DNA of 64,000 bases from a virus (lineage: Duplodnaviria; Caudoviricetes). The translations under genes were made by a program, and so were the position numbers. A model generated the notes under the pieces. That model was not told the origin of the DNA, made no database searches, and was given only the letters and a program-made list of their open reading frames with translations. Below, one piece after another: positions 1 through 10,100 of this stretch (positions within the stretch are counted from its first letter, which is position 1; each line of letters begins with the position of its first letter). The stretch lies in the IMG/VR virus record IMGVR_UViG_3300030055_000003; one strand, 5' to 3'.

Positions 1-249
1 TAAATTTAATTTTCCATTTTGAAATCCATCTACTTGAAATTTAACTAATTTGATGTCATCTAAATCAACATTGCCCTCAAGTTCTGCAATGAATTGCCAT
101 CCATCTGCGAGCTTTATTGTAACATCCTTGCCATCTCCCTTTGAAACTACTCTTCCCGTAAACTTTTCCCCTACTTCAAAAGTTAACTTGCTAGAAACTT
201 TCTTAGTATTTACATTATATCCATTATTTATATTATAAATTCCTGGCAT
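1..249 (-). CDS. Host gene, 5' part only (runs off the window): FliK-like (flagellar hook-length control-like) clostridial protein
   Basis: Not in the ORF track. ATG at 249 with RBS AGGGGAGAAG; open to position 1: MPGIYNINNGYNVNTKKVSSKLTFEVGEKFTGRVVSKGDGKDVTIKLADGWQFIAEL. Resembles, from memory, the N-terminus of clostridial chromosomal proteins annotated FliK-like; a sigma28-like promoter lies upstream. Confidence 0.6.
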   Translation of the reverse strand, partial: MPGIYNINNGYNVNTKKVSSKLTFEVGEKFTGRVVSKGDGKDVTIKLADGWQFIAELEGNVDLDDIKLVKFQVDGFQNGKLNL

Positions 250-296
250 ATTCTCTTCTCCCCTACTAACTTATACTTCACTCTACTCTAATATAT

Positions 297-323
297 TTAT
301 CGTATAAAAAAAGCATAAATTAA
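297..323 (-). promoter_or_regulatory. Putative sigma28 (SigD/FliA) promoter
   Basis: Minus strand TTAA-N15-TACGATAA versus consensus TAAA-N15-GCCGATAA, ~50 nt upstream of the FliK-like gene. Confidence 0.45.
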
Positions 324-390
324 CTTTAAAATATAATGTTGATAAATTATATTTTAATTGTGCCTTATATCAATGTTTTGTATACAAATT

Positions 391-449
391 TTAATTATAT
401 TCTTCACCATATTTATGGTAATATTCTTCTCCATAATCAAAAAATAAAA
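391..449 (-). pseudogene. 3' stub of a host gene cut by the IS
   Basis: Minus-strand frame LFFDYGEEYYHKYGEEYN* runs from the IS end (449) to TAA at 391-393; no matching 5' part on the other side of the IS. Confidence 0.5.
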
Positions 450-481
450 TGTACCCTTTGTCAAGGACGATTTAAAAAAGC

Positions 482-1333
482 CTAGGCTACATTGAGAAGA
501 TGATTTCTGTATTGGACAGGAGTCATCTTTTCTAAATCCCATTGATATCTATATTCGTTGTAATAAATCATGTATTGATTAACTTCTTCTTTTAGCGCAT
601 CTAAAGTTTCACATTGCTTTATATATGCCTCATCTTTAAAATGCCCGAAGAATGACTCTTGTGGAGCATTATCCCAACAATTACCTCGTCTAGACATAGA
701 TTGTCCTAATTTAGCATCTTTAACTACTTGTTGAAATTTAGGGCTAGTATAATGTACACCTTGATCAGAGTGGATAAATGCATCTTTATGTAATTCTATT
801 GATTTATTGTCTTTTAGATTCTGTATTGTATCAGTTACTATATCTAGTTTTAGACTCGATGATACATTATATGCTACTATTTCATTTGTGCTGGCATCTT
901 TAATTGTGGATAAGTATGCTTTTTGACCTTTACCATAAAATAAATATGTTATATCTGTTAGTAATATTTTACCTGGTATACCTTGTTTGAAATTTCTCTT
1001 TAGTAGATTTGGTAAAACAGTATGTTCTCTTGTTGCTTTCATCATTCTTCTATATGGATTTGCTTTTCTAATAGGACAAATGATACTATATTTTTTCATA
1101 ACTCTTCTAATACGCTTCAAGTTATATATAATTCCAAACTGACCTTCTAAAGTCATTTTAATTTGTCTAGCGCCCTTTTTACGATTTTTAAACTTATATG
1201 CCTTAATTATATTATCTCTAATCAACTCATCTTCTATATCTCTAGACTCTCTATATCCTTTAGATTTAGTTGAAAAATAATTATAGTACCCCGAACGTGA
1301 AACGCCTGCTAAATCACATAAATTGCTAATCAT
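482..1333 (-). CDS. IS3 OrfB transposase (HTH_21 + rve/DDE core)
   Basis: Motifs LLTDITY, HSDQGVHYTS, QSMSRRGNCWDNAPQESFFGHFKDE, YNEYR. Confidence 0.95.
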   Translation of the reverse strand: MISNLCDLAGVSRSGYYNYFSTKSKGYRESRDIEDELIRDNIIKAYKFKNRKKGARQIKMTLEGQFGIIYNLKRIRRVMKKYSIICPIRKANPYRRMMKATREHTVLPNLLKRNFKQGIPGKILLTDITYLFYGKGQKAYLSTIKDASTNEIVAYNVSSSLKLDIVTDTIQNLKDNKSIELHKDAFIHSDQGVHYTSPKFQQVVKDAKLGQSMSRRGNCWDNAPQESFFGHFKDEAYIKQCETLDALKEEVNQYMIYYNEYRYQWDLEKMTPVQYRNHLLNVA

Positions 1334-1398
1334 ATTGCTATGTTTATACTTTTCAATTACTGATTTTATGATGATAAATTTTTGATTAGCGCATAAAT

Positions 1399-1827
1399 TT
1401 ATTTGTTCTTTATCAGCCCCCTTTCTAGGAATTGTATTTTTTTTAGCAGTTCATTCTCTGCTTTCAATAAATTAATTTGAGCCTGAAGGCGTTCGTATTT
1501 AGTCTCTATGGACAACTCTTTCTTAGTTGGTCTTCCACTATTTAATTTTCTAGTATCATTTAGCCCTATAACACCATTTTCTTTATACGCTTTTTTCCAC
1601 CTCTTAGCAGCAGAACTTATTCTATACATGCCTATAATATTTATATCAAATCCACACTCAGTAAATATTATTCTTGGAATTTTTCCTTTGTCATGCTCTA
1701 TAATAAAGATATTTCTAAATTCTTCAGTATATGTAACACCTTTTGCGCTCACATTTTTTACATGTTTATTATTTGAAAGTATTTCAATCTCTTTATTTGT
1801 AAAAATCTTTTTACTCATAGTCTCCAC
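1399..1827 (-). CDS. IS3 OrfA (HTH DNA-binding protein)
   Basis: HTH-type N-terminus, C-terminal coiled coil ending LKAENELLKK; directly upstream of orfB. Confidence 0.9.
   Translation of the reverse strand: METMSKKIFTNKEIEILSNNKHVKNVSAKGVTYTEEFRNIFIIEHDKGKIPRIIFTECGFDINIIGMYRISSAAKRWKKAYKENGVIGLNDTRKLNSGRPTKKELSIETKYERLQAQINLLKAENELLKKIQFLERGLIKNK
1437..1444 (-). other. Programmed -1 frameshift site (A8) producing the OrfAB transposase
   Basis: CTA AAA AAA ATA at the end of orfA; the -1 frame (NTIPRKGADKEQINLCANQKF...) is open into orfB MISNL. Confidence 0.8.
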
Positions 1828-1971
1828 CTCTAATATTATTTATTTTATTATACACAAAAATACCCTATAGGTAGACTTTTTTAAACTGTCTACTCTATAG
1901 GGTACATTTTAATTTTTAATATTTAAATTTAGGTCTTTTTATTATGTCTAATTTAGAAAGGATGGTTAATT

Positions 1972-2148
1972 ATGAATAAATATTTTGCAATAAATCAAAA
2001 GAGTTTAGCGGATGCATTAGTATTTTTAGGATTTAATTATATGAAGTTTGATGATAAAAAATATGGAAAGATTTATTCTTTTGTAAATTCTGATAAGTTA
2101 CAAGAATCAATTCATGAATTTAATATATTAAAAAATAAATTAAAATAA
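1972..2148 (+). CDS. Small DUF5659-like protein (58 aa)
   Basis: Below the track cutoff. RBS AGAAAGGATG; MNKYFAINQKSLADALVFLGFNYMKFDDKKYGKIYSFVNSDKLQESIHEFNILKNKLK. Confidence 0.7.
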   Translation: MNKYFAINQKSLADALVFLGFNYMKFDDKKYGKIYSFVNSDKLQESIHEFNILKNKLK

Positions 2149-2171
2149 AATAATAAGGAGTGTGGATAATT

Positions 2172-3629
2172 ATGAAAGATACAAAAAGAATTATATATTC
2201 AGATAAATTACCTAGATATACAGAAGGTAGATATAGAAATAAAATAAATTGGAAAGAAAGTATAGGTTGTAAAGTACAATTTATATATGATGATATAACA
2301 GGATATGTTGAAATTATTGAATATAATAAGATTACTAAGGAATTAATAATAAAACATAACAATCTTGAGTCTATAATATTATGTGGAAATTTTTTAAAAT
2401 GTAAGTTAGGTACAATTTTAAAGAAATATACTTCGGAATTTAAACTCGAAATAGGAGATAGATTTCAAGACAATAAGAGAGATATAATTATTGTAGACAA
2501 AGAATATAGACTAAAATATGATAATAAAAACAAAAAGTATAACATGAAATATTATAAATACAAATGCAATAGATGTAGATATAATGAAGGTTGGATTGTA
2601 GAATATGATTTATTAAAAGGACATGGTTGCTCATGTTGTCATGGATTAACTACAGTATTAGGTATTAACACAATATGGGATACTGCTAGATGGATGTGTG
2701 ACTTGGGTGTGTCAGAAGAAGATGCTAAAACTCATACACATGGAAGCAATAATAAAGTAAGCGTCATATGTCCAGATTGTAAATTAGAAAAGATGGTAAA
2801 AATATGTGATTTATATACAAATCACTCAATATCATGTAAATGTGGGGATGGCTTTAGTTATGGTCATAAGTACATATTTAGTTTACTAACTCAATTAAAA
2901 CAAGATTTCATAGATAATTATACATTTGATTGGTGTAAATTCTATAATCTATATAAAGAAAAAGAAGTTTCAGGAGAATATGATTTTATTTTAGAAGATA
3001 AAAATATAATTATCGAAGTAGATGGAGGATTTCATAGAACAGATAATAATAGAAGTGGGCAGACGAAAGAAGAATCTATATTTTTAGACAATGAAAAGGA
3101 TAAACTGGCTCTAGATAATGGGTATAAAGTTATTAGAATAATTTATAACGATGATAATTTAAATATCAAACAAAATATAATATTAAATAAATATTTAAAC
3201 ATCTTATTTGACTTATCTAATATTGATTGGACTAAATGTGAAGAATTTGCGTTAAGTAACAGAGTTAAGGAAGCTTGTAAATTAAAAAATAATAACCTTG
3301 AAATGACAACTACTGAAATTGGATTAATCTTAAATATTAGTTCAGATTCAGTTAGAAATTATTTAAAAAAGGGAAATAAACTTGGTTGGTGTTACTACAA
3401 TGCTAAAGAAGAACAAATTAGAAATTCCATAAAAACAGGATACAAGGTAACAAAAAAAATAGAAGTATTTAAGAATGGAGAATCATTAGGAGTTTTTGAA
3501 TCTATAAAATGTTTAATTGATAAAAGCAAAAAAATATTAGAAGTACAATTATGTAGAAATGGAATAAGAGAACAAATAAAAAATAATACAGAGTCATATA
3601 AGGGATTTACCTTTAATATTTCAAGCTAA
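2172..3629 (+). CDS. Putative free-standing homing endonuclease: zinc-ribbon repeats + Vsr/DUF559-like PD-(D/E)XK nuclease + NUMOD1-like C-terminus
   Basis: CxxC pairs (KCNRC, CSCC, CPDC), YDFILEDKNIIIEVDGGFH, C-terminal VFKNGESLGVFESI...YKGFTF. Confidence 0.7.
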   Translation: MKDTKRIIYSDKLPRYTEGRYRNKINWKESIGCKVQFIYDDITGYVEIIEYNKITKELIIKHNNLESIILCGNFLKCKLGTILKKYTSEFKLEIGDRFQDNKRDIIIVDKEYRLKYDNKNKKYNMKYYKYKCNRCRYNEGWIVEYDLLKGHGCSCCHGLTTVLGINTIWDTARWMCDLGVSEEDAKTHTHGSNNKVSVICPDCKLEKMVKICDLYTNHSISCKCGDGFSYGHKYIFSLLTQLKQDFIDNYTFDWCKFYNLYKEKEVSGEYDFILEDKNIIIEVDGGFHRTDNNRSGQTKEESIFLDNEKDKLALDNGYKVIRIIYNDDNLNIKQNIILNKYLNILFDLSNIDWTKCEEFALSNRVKEACKLKNNNLEMTTTEIGLILNISSDSVRNYLKKGNKLGWCYYNAKEEQIRNSIKTGYKVTKKIEVFKNGESLGVFESIKCLIDKSKKILEVQLCRNGIREQIKNNTESYKGFTFNISS

Positions 3630-3780
3630 ATTGGATAGTATCAATGCTACATTGAATCAAGTTGTTAATTCAAATGTAAGTAATAATGTAACAGTTAGTG
3701 GAATTACAGTTAATAGCAATGATGCAACTAATATTATGAACAATGTAGTTGATACTGCTAATCAAACAGTATCACAATAA
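3622..3780 (+). pseudogene. Orphan 3' gene fragment (tape-measure/tail-like C-terminus)
   Basis: Open frame QAKLDSINATLNQVVNSNVSNNVTVSGITVNSNDATNIMNNVVDTANQTVSQ* overlapping the endonuclease stop; no RBS or credible start. Confidence 0.5.
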
Positions 3781-3830
3781 ATTAATATAATATAAAAAGA
3801 CAATAAATCAATTAATTTATTGGGATTTGA

Positions 3831-3862
3831 AAGGGCTTAGATGAAATACTCTAGGTCTTTTT
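3831..3862 (+). terminator. Rho-independent terminator
   Basis: AAGGGCTTAG...CTAGGTCTTT followed by a T-tract. Confidence 0.7.
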
Positions 3863-4067
3863 ATTATGAAAAACTTGTATGTTGTGATAGGGAGTATTCG
3901 CTCACTTCCTTTAGTTTGGAAATATATAAGATTGATGGGTTAGAGAGTAATTAACTCTAACCTTATTAGTTGTGAACCAAATTAATTAGAGTGGAAATTC
4001 GATTGGAATATATAAGAGAGTGAAATTATATAGTCCAAACTATAAAAAATGAAAGAGAGTGATTTTA

Positions 4068-4961
4068 ATGAACAAAGAACAATTAATTAAATTCAAAACA
4101 GGAGAATCTAAATTAGAATTATTAAATAAAGGAGGTGTTTATTTTATAAAAAATAATTCTAATAATCTTATTAAGATTGGAAAATCTAAAAACATTTATC
4201 AAAGAATGACACAATTATATTCAACTTTTAGACATATTGGAGAAGAGAAAGTAGACGTAGATTTAATAGGTTATATATTATGTGAAAATTATGATAAATT
4301 AGAAATAGATTTACATAAAAAATTTAAGAAAAATAAAATTGTAAATGAATGGTTTGATATTAATGAAGATAAAGTATCAAATGTAATTAAATTAATAAAT
4401 GCAAATGAATATAATAATTCTAAAGAAAAAGAATTAACAATAGAATCTCTATATAACGAGATAGATAAAATAAAGCATAACAAGGAAACATGGAATTTAC
4501 ATTTGTGTAGTTCAATTGTAAAAAGATGCAATGAGGAAGAATGTATATGTGATTTAGAAAAATGGGATGAAAATGAGGAAGATACAAAATATATTTATAA
4601 TATGCTATTAGAAAATATTAAGTATTTAGAAGAAATCGGAGAAATTGATAATTATAATGATTATAAAGAATATAAAATTGAAGCAGATAATAAAAATTAC
4701 AAAGCATTACAAGAATATATGATGGATTTAAATGGATGTGATTATCAATATTTTGCAATTAAAGATTTAATTTCAGAAAAGGAATTAGAATTAACAAAAA
4801 GAGTTTGTGGCATAACAGAAGTAATATATAATCCTTGGTTCGATTTATGGTGTAGAAATGCTGTTCAAGAATTAAAAGAAAAATTTTCAGAGTTTAAAAA
4901 CATTATAGAACAATATAAAGATGAATTGTTATATTGTTATCTTCCATATGGTGATAAATAA
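4068..4961 (+). CDS. GIY-YIG / T5orf172-domain protein
   Basis: GGVYFIKN...IKIGKSKNIYQR...LEIDLHKKFK...EWF. Confidence 0.8.
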   Translation: MNKEQLIKFKTGESKLELLNKGGVYFIKNNSNNLIKIGKSKNIYQRMTQLYSTFRHIGEEKVDVDLIGYILCENYDKLEIDLHKKFKKNKIVNEWFDINEDKVSNVIKLINANEYNNSKEKELTIESLYNEIDKIKHNKETWNLHLCSSIVKRCNEEECICDLEKWDENEEDTKYIYNMLLENIKYLEEIGEIDNYNDYKEYKIEADNKNYKALQEYMMDLNGCDYQYFAIKDLISEKELELTKRVCGITEVIYNPWFDLWCRNAVQELKEKFSEFKNIIEQYKDELLYCYLPYGDK

Positions 4962-6082
4962 TGAATATAGAAAATTTAGAATTAAAAGAATATAAAAATT
5001 ACAAAGAGTTATGCATAATAATAAATGAACCAATTAAAACAGGAAAGTCAAAACAATTACAATTGAAAGATTGGGAAAGATATTTTGAATATCATAAGGA
5101 AGGACAAAAAATAATCATTGATAAAGTTTTTAATGAGGTAAAGGAGAAAATTGATATGAGGGGAAAACAAGATAATAACACACCTAAATATGTTGAAAAT
5201 ATTGAATTGAATATCATTGGTGAATTGCTTACTAGAGGACAAAATAATAAATATGTTGTTGGTCGTGGAGTATTACTTAGAAATGTTGGCTTGACTAATA
5301 CTAATTATTCATATTGCAAAAGAAGGCAAGATAAATTAGCTTCATATCTAGAAGTAAAAAAAGAAGTAGTTAATGATTATTATACTTGTGTTGATTCTAT
5401 GATATTAGGCAATTTAGAAAAAGCTCTTAAAAATTTATCTAATAAAAAGATAATACAATTAAATAGTACATTATTGATTTGCAAAAATGTACTAACGGAT
5501 GTTACATATCAACATATTACTCAAGTAGATGAATTTGATGAAGAAATAGAAATAATCAAGCCAGTTGTACAATCAGATGTAATTTATGTACAAGCTACAG
5601 ATGAAGAAAGACTTCTTATTAATGTTTCAGAAAAGAAAGTGCTAACTGATATGGGATTTGAAAAATTAACAGATGTCTTTTTAAAGAATAAATTAAAACA
5701 ATATTACGACCAATGCTATAAAGAAATAAGAAGAGAAATGAAAGACTTAAACTTCTATTTTCAAGCTTATGATATAATTTATGATTTTGATATTCTAGCA
5801 AATGAATTAGAAAAGCGTGGATATGATGATTGGAGTAAAGAACTAAAAAAAGAACAGTCAGATATAATTAATAGTGGTGCTATGAATAGAATAATGGACA
5901 ATGCTGAAAAAAGAAAAGATAAAGCAACTCCTGATCTTGGAACACTATTAGAATCTGATAGGAAATATATTAGGACACAAGATGATTATATAGCAAATTA
6001 TAGTCAACTAAACAATAGTGTAATTAATGTGAATTCTAAAAACATTAAGGCTAATGTCAAGAAAACTAAAAATAAAAAATAG
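4961..6082 (+). CDS. Hypothetical protein (373 aa), possibly DNA-binding/Rep-like
   Basis: Long basic ORF coupled to the previous gene and followed by an inverted repeat; no diagnostic catalytic motif recognised. Confidence 0.5.
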   Translation: MNIENLELKEYKNYKELCIIINEPIKTGKSKQLQLKDWERYFEYHKEGQKIIIDKVFNEVKEKIDMRGKQDNNTPKYVENIELNIIGELLTRGQNNKYVVGRGVLLRNVGLTNTNYSYCKRRQDKLASYLEVKKEVVNDYYTCVDSMILGNLEKALKNLSNKKIIQLNSTLLICKNVLTDVTYQHITQVDEFDEEIEIIKPVVQSDVIYVQATDEERLLINVSEKKVLTDMGFEKLTDVFLKNKLKQYYDQCYKEIRREMKDLNFYFQAYDIIYDFDILANELEKRGYDDWSKELKKEQSDIINSGAMNRIMDNAEKRKDKATPDLGTLLESDRKYIRTQDDYIANYSQLNNSVINVNSKNIKANVKKTKNKK

Positions 6083-6155
6083 TCACTTTTAGAGTCTGTT
6101 ATATTGTATATAGGGGATTCATACAATCACTATTATAATGTTTTCTGAAAGTGAC
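6082..6155. repeat. Inverted repeat (13 bp, 11/13 match, 48-nt spacer) starting at the stop codon of the 373-aa gene
   Basis: GTCACTTTTAGAG (6082-6094) and TTCTGAAAGTGAC (6143-6155). Confidence 0.7.
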
Positions 6156-6336
6156 AAAATAAATTAAAAGTCAATTCTATTTGTGAGTCTGAAAGACGAA
6201 ACAAAAGAACAACCGACAGGGCGTTAGGTGTTGGCACTAAAGTTTGGGTGGATAAGAGTCTTGTAGCTAACGCTACGCTTTTCTTCCACCTACGGTGTCA
6301 GAGAATTATACTAATTGAATTATGGAGTGATTTAAA

Positions 6337-6639
6337 ATGAGTGGAGTATACATAATTAAAAATTTAAATAAATCTACTGAGGACAAGCTTTTCGTAAAAA
6401 TAGGTTGTTCAAAAGATATAGATAAAAGATTTTCACAGATTAAAAGTAGCCACAGATTTAATGGAAGTTTAGATGAATTAGAAATTTATAAAACTATTGA
6501 ATGTAAATCATATATGAAGTTAGAAAAAATAATCCATCAAATAATGAAAAGCAGACAACAAGTTAATGAATGGTATTTTACAGAACCAAACTTTTTGGAA
6601 GGTAGATTGGCGATGGTTGATTTAAACAGATATAATTAA
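6337..6639 (+). CDS. Small GIY-YIG / T5orf172-domain protein
   Basis: SGVYIIKN...FVKIGCSKDIDKRF...LEKIIHQIM...EWY. Confidence 0.8.
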   Translation: MSGVYIIKNLNKSTEDKLFVKIGCSKDIDKRFSQIKSSHRFNGSLDELEIYKTIECKSYMKLEKIIHQIMKSRQQVNEWYFTEPNFLEGRLAMVDLNRYN

Positions 6640-6661
6640 TAAATTAATAGAACAATAAAAG

Positions 6662-6693
6662 GAGATTAGGAAATAAAATCCTAGTCTCTTTTT
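6662..6693 (+). terminator. Rho-independent terminator
   Basis: GAGATTAGGA...TCCTAGTCTC followed by TTTTT. Confidence 0.75.
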
Positions 6694-6832
6694 AAAATAA
6701 ATTCCAATTCAAATTCATCATTTATCCACAGTTGTTTTTATAAGATTTATTTTAGATTAGTAAATCTTAAAAGATAATTTTTGCAAAGATTATTAACTGA
6801 ACAAATTATACAATAGAAAGGAATGATTGATA

Positions 6833-7135
6833 ATGTCTTTTATAAGCTACAACATAAAAAAAGGTAATGAATATAATCGTTTTACAAAAGAACTTGATTT
6901 TTTTACTGAAGATTCTGGAGTAACTACTAGTAATTTTAGTAATTATATGTCTAATAATTTTAGTAATTATGATGATGAGATTGGATTTATTCCACAAGGA
7001 ACTATAGGAATATTAACCACAATGACAGATATGTACGTTGCCAGATTTCTAGAAGATACGGGGAATATAAACCCAGAAAATAATTGGCATGAGGGAGTAT
7101 GGTTTTTACTTGCAAGTGTGCCTAGAGTTTTATAA
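6833..7135 (+). CDS. Hypothetical protein (first gene of the tail-fibre operon)
   Basis: RBS AGAAAGGAATG; contains a 16-bp direct repeat TAATTTTAGTAATTAT at 6931 and 6955. Confidence 0.6.
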   Translation: MSFISYNIKKGNEYNRFTKELDFFTEDSGVTTSNFSNYMSNNFSNYDDEIGFIPQGTIGILTTMTDMYVARFLEDTGNINPENNWHEGVWFLLASVPRVL

Positions 7136-7153
7136 GAAAGGAGGAAATAAATT

Positions 7154-10100
7154 ATGAATTTAGGTTTAGTAATAGCTTTAATTGAAGCATTAGGAAAACA
7201 AATATCATCAAAATATGAAAGTATTGGTATTATAGGAATAAACACTACAGATACAGGAATTAATTTTATACTGGCTGATGGAACTAATATACCTATATCT
7301 ATTTCAGGGTGGCACTCACTAACTGTAGACGAACAATATACACTTTCTCAGTTGGTGGCTTCTGCAAACGATAAAGGAAAAACTTACATTGGTGGGGATC
7401 TCAAAAAATATCCTATAAATTTTAATGAAACAAATGATAATAAATCATATAGTTTTACTATTGCTGATTGGACAAAAATATCAGATACAGAATATACATT
7501 GACAAAAATCCACAACTTAAATGATGATGTAATTCCATATATTAAAAATAGTGTGGGAAAAGCTGAAACATTAGGAATTGATACGAGTGATCCAAATAAA
7601 ATAGTATTGACGTCGACTAATGCTTTTGCTGGAATAATGCTTTTAAATTTTTCAAGTTCAAACGGAAATAGAATAAATAATATTGCAACAGTAAGTAGTT
7701 CATATATATTTAAAAGTATAACTGAAAGAGACACTTATTTTAGTGCAAATATGGGTTCTTTACAAAATGGGCTTGTGACTATAGTAAATAATGGAACTAT
7801 GGCAACATTATATACTTGGGGAGGAGCAGATAGTCCACAAGGATTATATGATTCAAGTTTATGGAATGACTCCACAGCATTAATCAAAGGTGAAAAAGGC
7901 ATCAATGGAGATAAACCTAAACATAAATTTGATAATAATAAACTATATTTTGAAAATCCTGATGGAAGTTATGATGAAGGGTTAACTTTATATGGAAATA
8001 TAGATAAGAGTAAATTTGTAGAATTTTTAAAGGATTTCGAGGGAAATAATTTGGACGACCTTACTTTGTACTTAGATAAACACAAAACTTTTCTTAATGG
8101 CTTGTTTATTGGTGATGAAAAAGTAGAAGGTTCTTTTAAAATAGTAACTAATAATAGTAAATTAGAATATCAAAGATTAGAAAATGGGGTATATAAAACT
8201 ATTGGTACAATTGGATCTTATACTACAGATGTAATTAATTTAGATTCAGCTTATAGTACAGTTAATTTCAAGACTCCTACGAGAGATTTAAATCTAGCAA
8301 GAATTACAACTGATGGTAATTCAGTACAAGTAGGAGATGTACGATTAGATAGATTAATATTATCTGGAAAAGAAGTATACTCACAAAAATTAGAAGATAC
8401 AAATACATCTTATAATTATATAGTTAATAATGATACTAGTATAACACAACCTATTACTGATTGGGATTTTACTATAAATATACCATCTCAAAACAATTAT
8501 AGTTATTATGCACTATATGCAGTTGATACAGACAATACTACTACTGGATATTACAAGTATACAATTACAGACGTGTTAACTGGAAATTTAGTATACTATA
8601 GTGGTTCACCTTTTGAGTTAAAACAAGGATTAACATATAAATTTATAACTACAGGATTACATACAGAAACTCTTCCTAAACTAGTACATTTAACTTGTGG
8701 AAGACAATATAAAATAACTTTTACAGCACAAAATTCAATTGGATTTAAAGGTGGCTTAATTGGAGGACAATTCAAGCCATATTGCGTTTTAAAATATTAT
8801 TTTGCTGAAGAAGATAAATTAATATCTAAAGGTGATGTAACAGATAGTGTGAGTTCAAATAGTTCTACGACTATAGCAAGTTCAAAAGCAGTTTATACTT
8901 TATCACAAGCTATAAATTCAATTTCAGGTGGCATGAGTCCAATTATTCCAATTTCGGTATCTGATTTTTCTGCTTTAAAAAGTGGTGTAAATGGAACTCA
9001 TTACATTTTGAGTAATGACGGTGCTATTTTAGGTGAAACTGTTCATAAATACGATAACATATTTATAGTTAATACATTTGGAGATACAGTTGCAACAGAA
9101 AGACCTATTTTATCTAGTGATTATGTTTTGATTTCTGCAAATAGTAATACAAAAGGTAATATATTTATAACCAATGTTGAACCTATTAATAGTAGTAAAA
9201 GTGTAATAAAGACAATGAATACTTATCCTGACAATGGCTCGATTTTATCTGTAGTGTCTGATGATAACAGTTATAAAATTACAGTTGAGTGGGACAGGGG
9301 TGAGGACTATGTAGGGTTGGTAAGCGTGAATGGAAAAGATGTGAAAGGAATAACCAATATAGGTGGAGGGTCATATACGGGTTATGTTGTTCTGAATTCT
9401 ACAGATATAAATTCTAATAAAATAACAGCAACCTTAAATTTAAATACTTATACTATAGCTTTTTCTGTAGTTTCGCCACCTTCAATATCGTCAATTACTT
9501 TTGGCAGTCTACCTAATAGCCAAACAGAATTAAAAAAAGGAGATTTTATAAATGTAACAATTGTTACAGATAAACCAATAGATACTGTAGAATTTCAAGA
9601 TATAGGTGCATTTCAACACCAAACAATATCTGCAACAAATAACACCACAGTAACAGTTTCAGGAACTATAGCAAATCGTGGTATTACTCTACAAAATTTA
9701 AAAGCGTCAATAAGAGTTAAAAGCACAGAAGGTTCTTGGAGTGATATAACTGAAAGTACAGATACCTTACCTTTAAATAATATAAAACCTAGTATCACAT
9801 TAATAAGTAAAACATTCTCTAATGGATTTAGTGCATTGAAAAATTCAGAAACATGTATAGTGCAAGTATCTTCAACAGATTGTGATACTTTGATTTCAAG
9901 TGCAATAGGAACAGAATTAAATGTTGATGCAATGGTCGGAAATGATTGCACAGTAACTAGATTAAATGGAGATTATAATGATTTAATTGCAAATTTAAAA
10001 ATAGAAGGAACTAGAGCAAATAATGGGGCTACTAATTATTTAGATATTTGTGTTGAAATTGCCAATGTACCACCTACAGTAACTAATACGTCTTCAGTTC

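Larger units (their letters stand above)
450..1906 (-). mobile_element. IS3-family insertion sequence (1457 bp)
   Basis: Imperfect 31-bp terminal IRs TGTACCCTTTGTCAAGGACGATTTAAAAAAG (450-480) and TGTACCCTATAGAGTAGACAGTTTAAAAAAG (rc, 1876-1906); TG...CA ends; orfA plus orfB (DDE). Flanks AAAA|...|TTTT are not a direct repeat. Confidence 0.95.

Noticed and set aside
6178-6205. Hammerhead-like GTGAGTCTGAAAGACGAAAC
   Set aside because: Stem II and CGAAA are present, but the CUGANGA core reads UUUGUGA and no convincing stems I/III were found.
905-6730. Perfect DnaA boxes (TTATCCACA or rc) at ~905, 2161 and 6722
   Set aside because: Isolated and unclustered, one inside IS coding sequence; of the order of one copy is expected by chance in this window.
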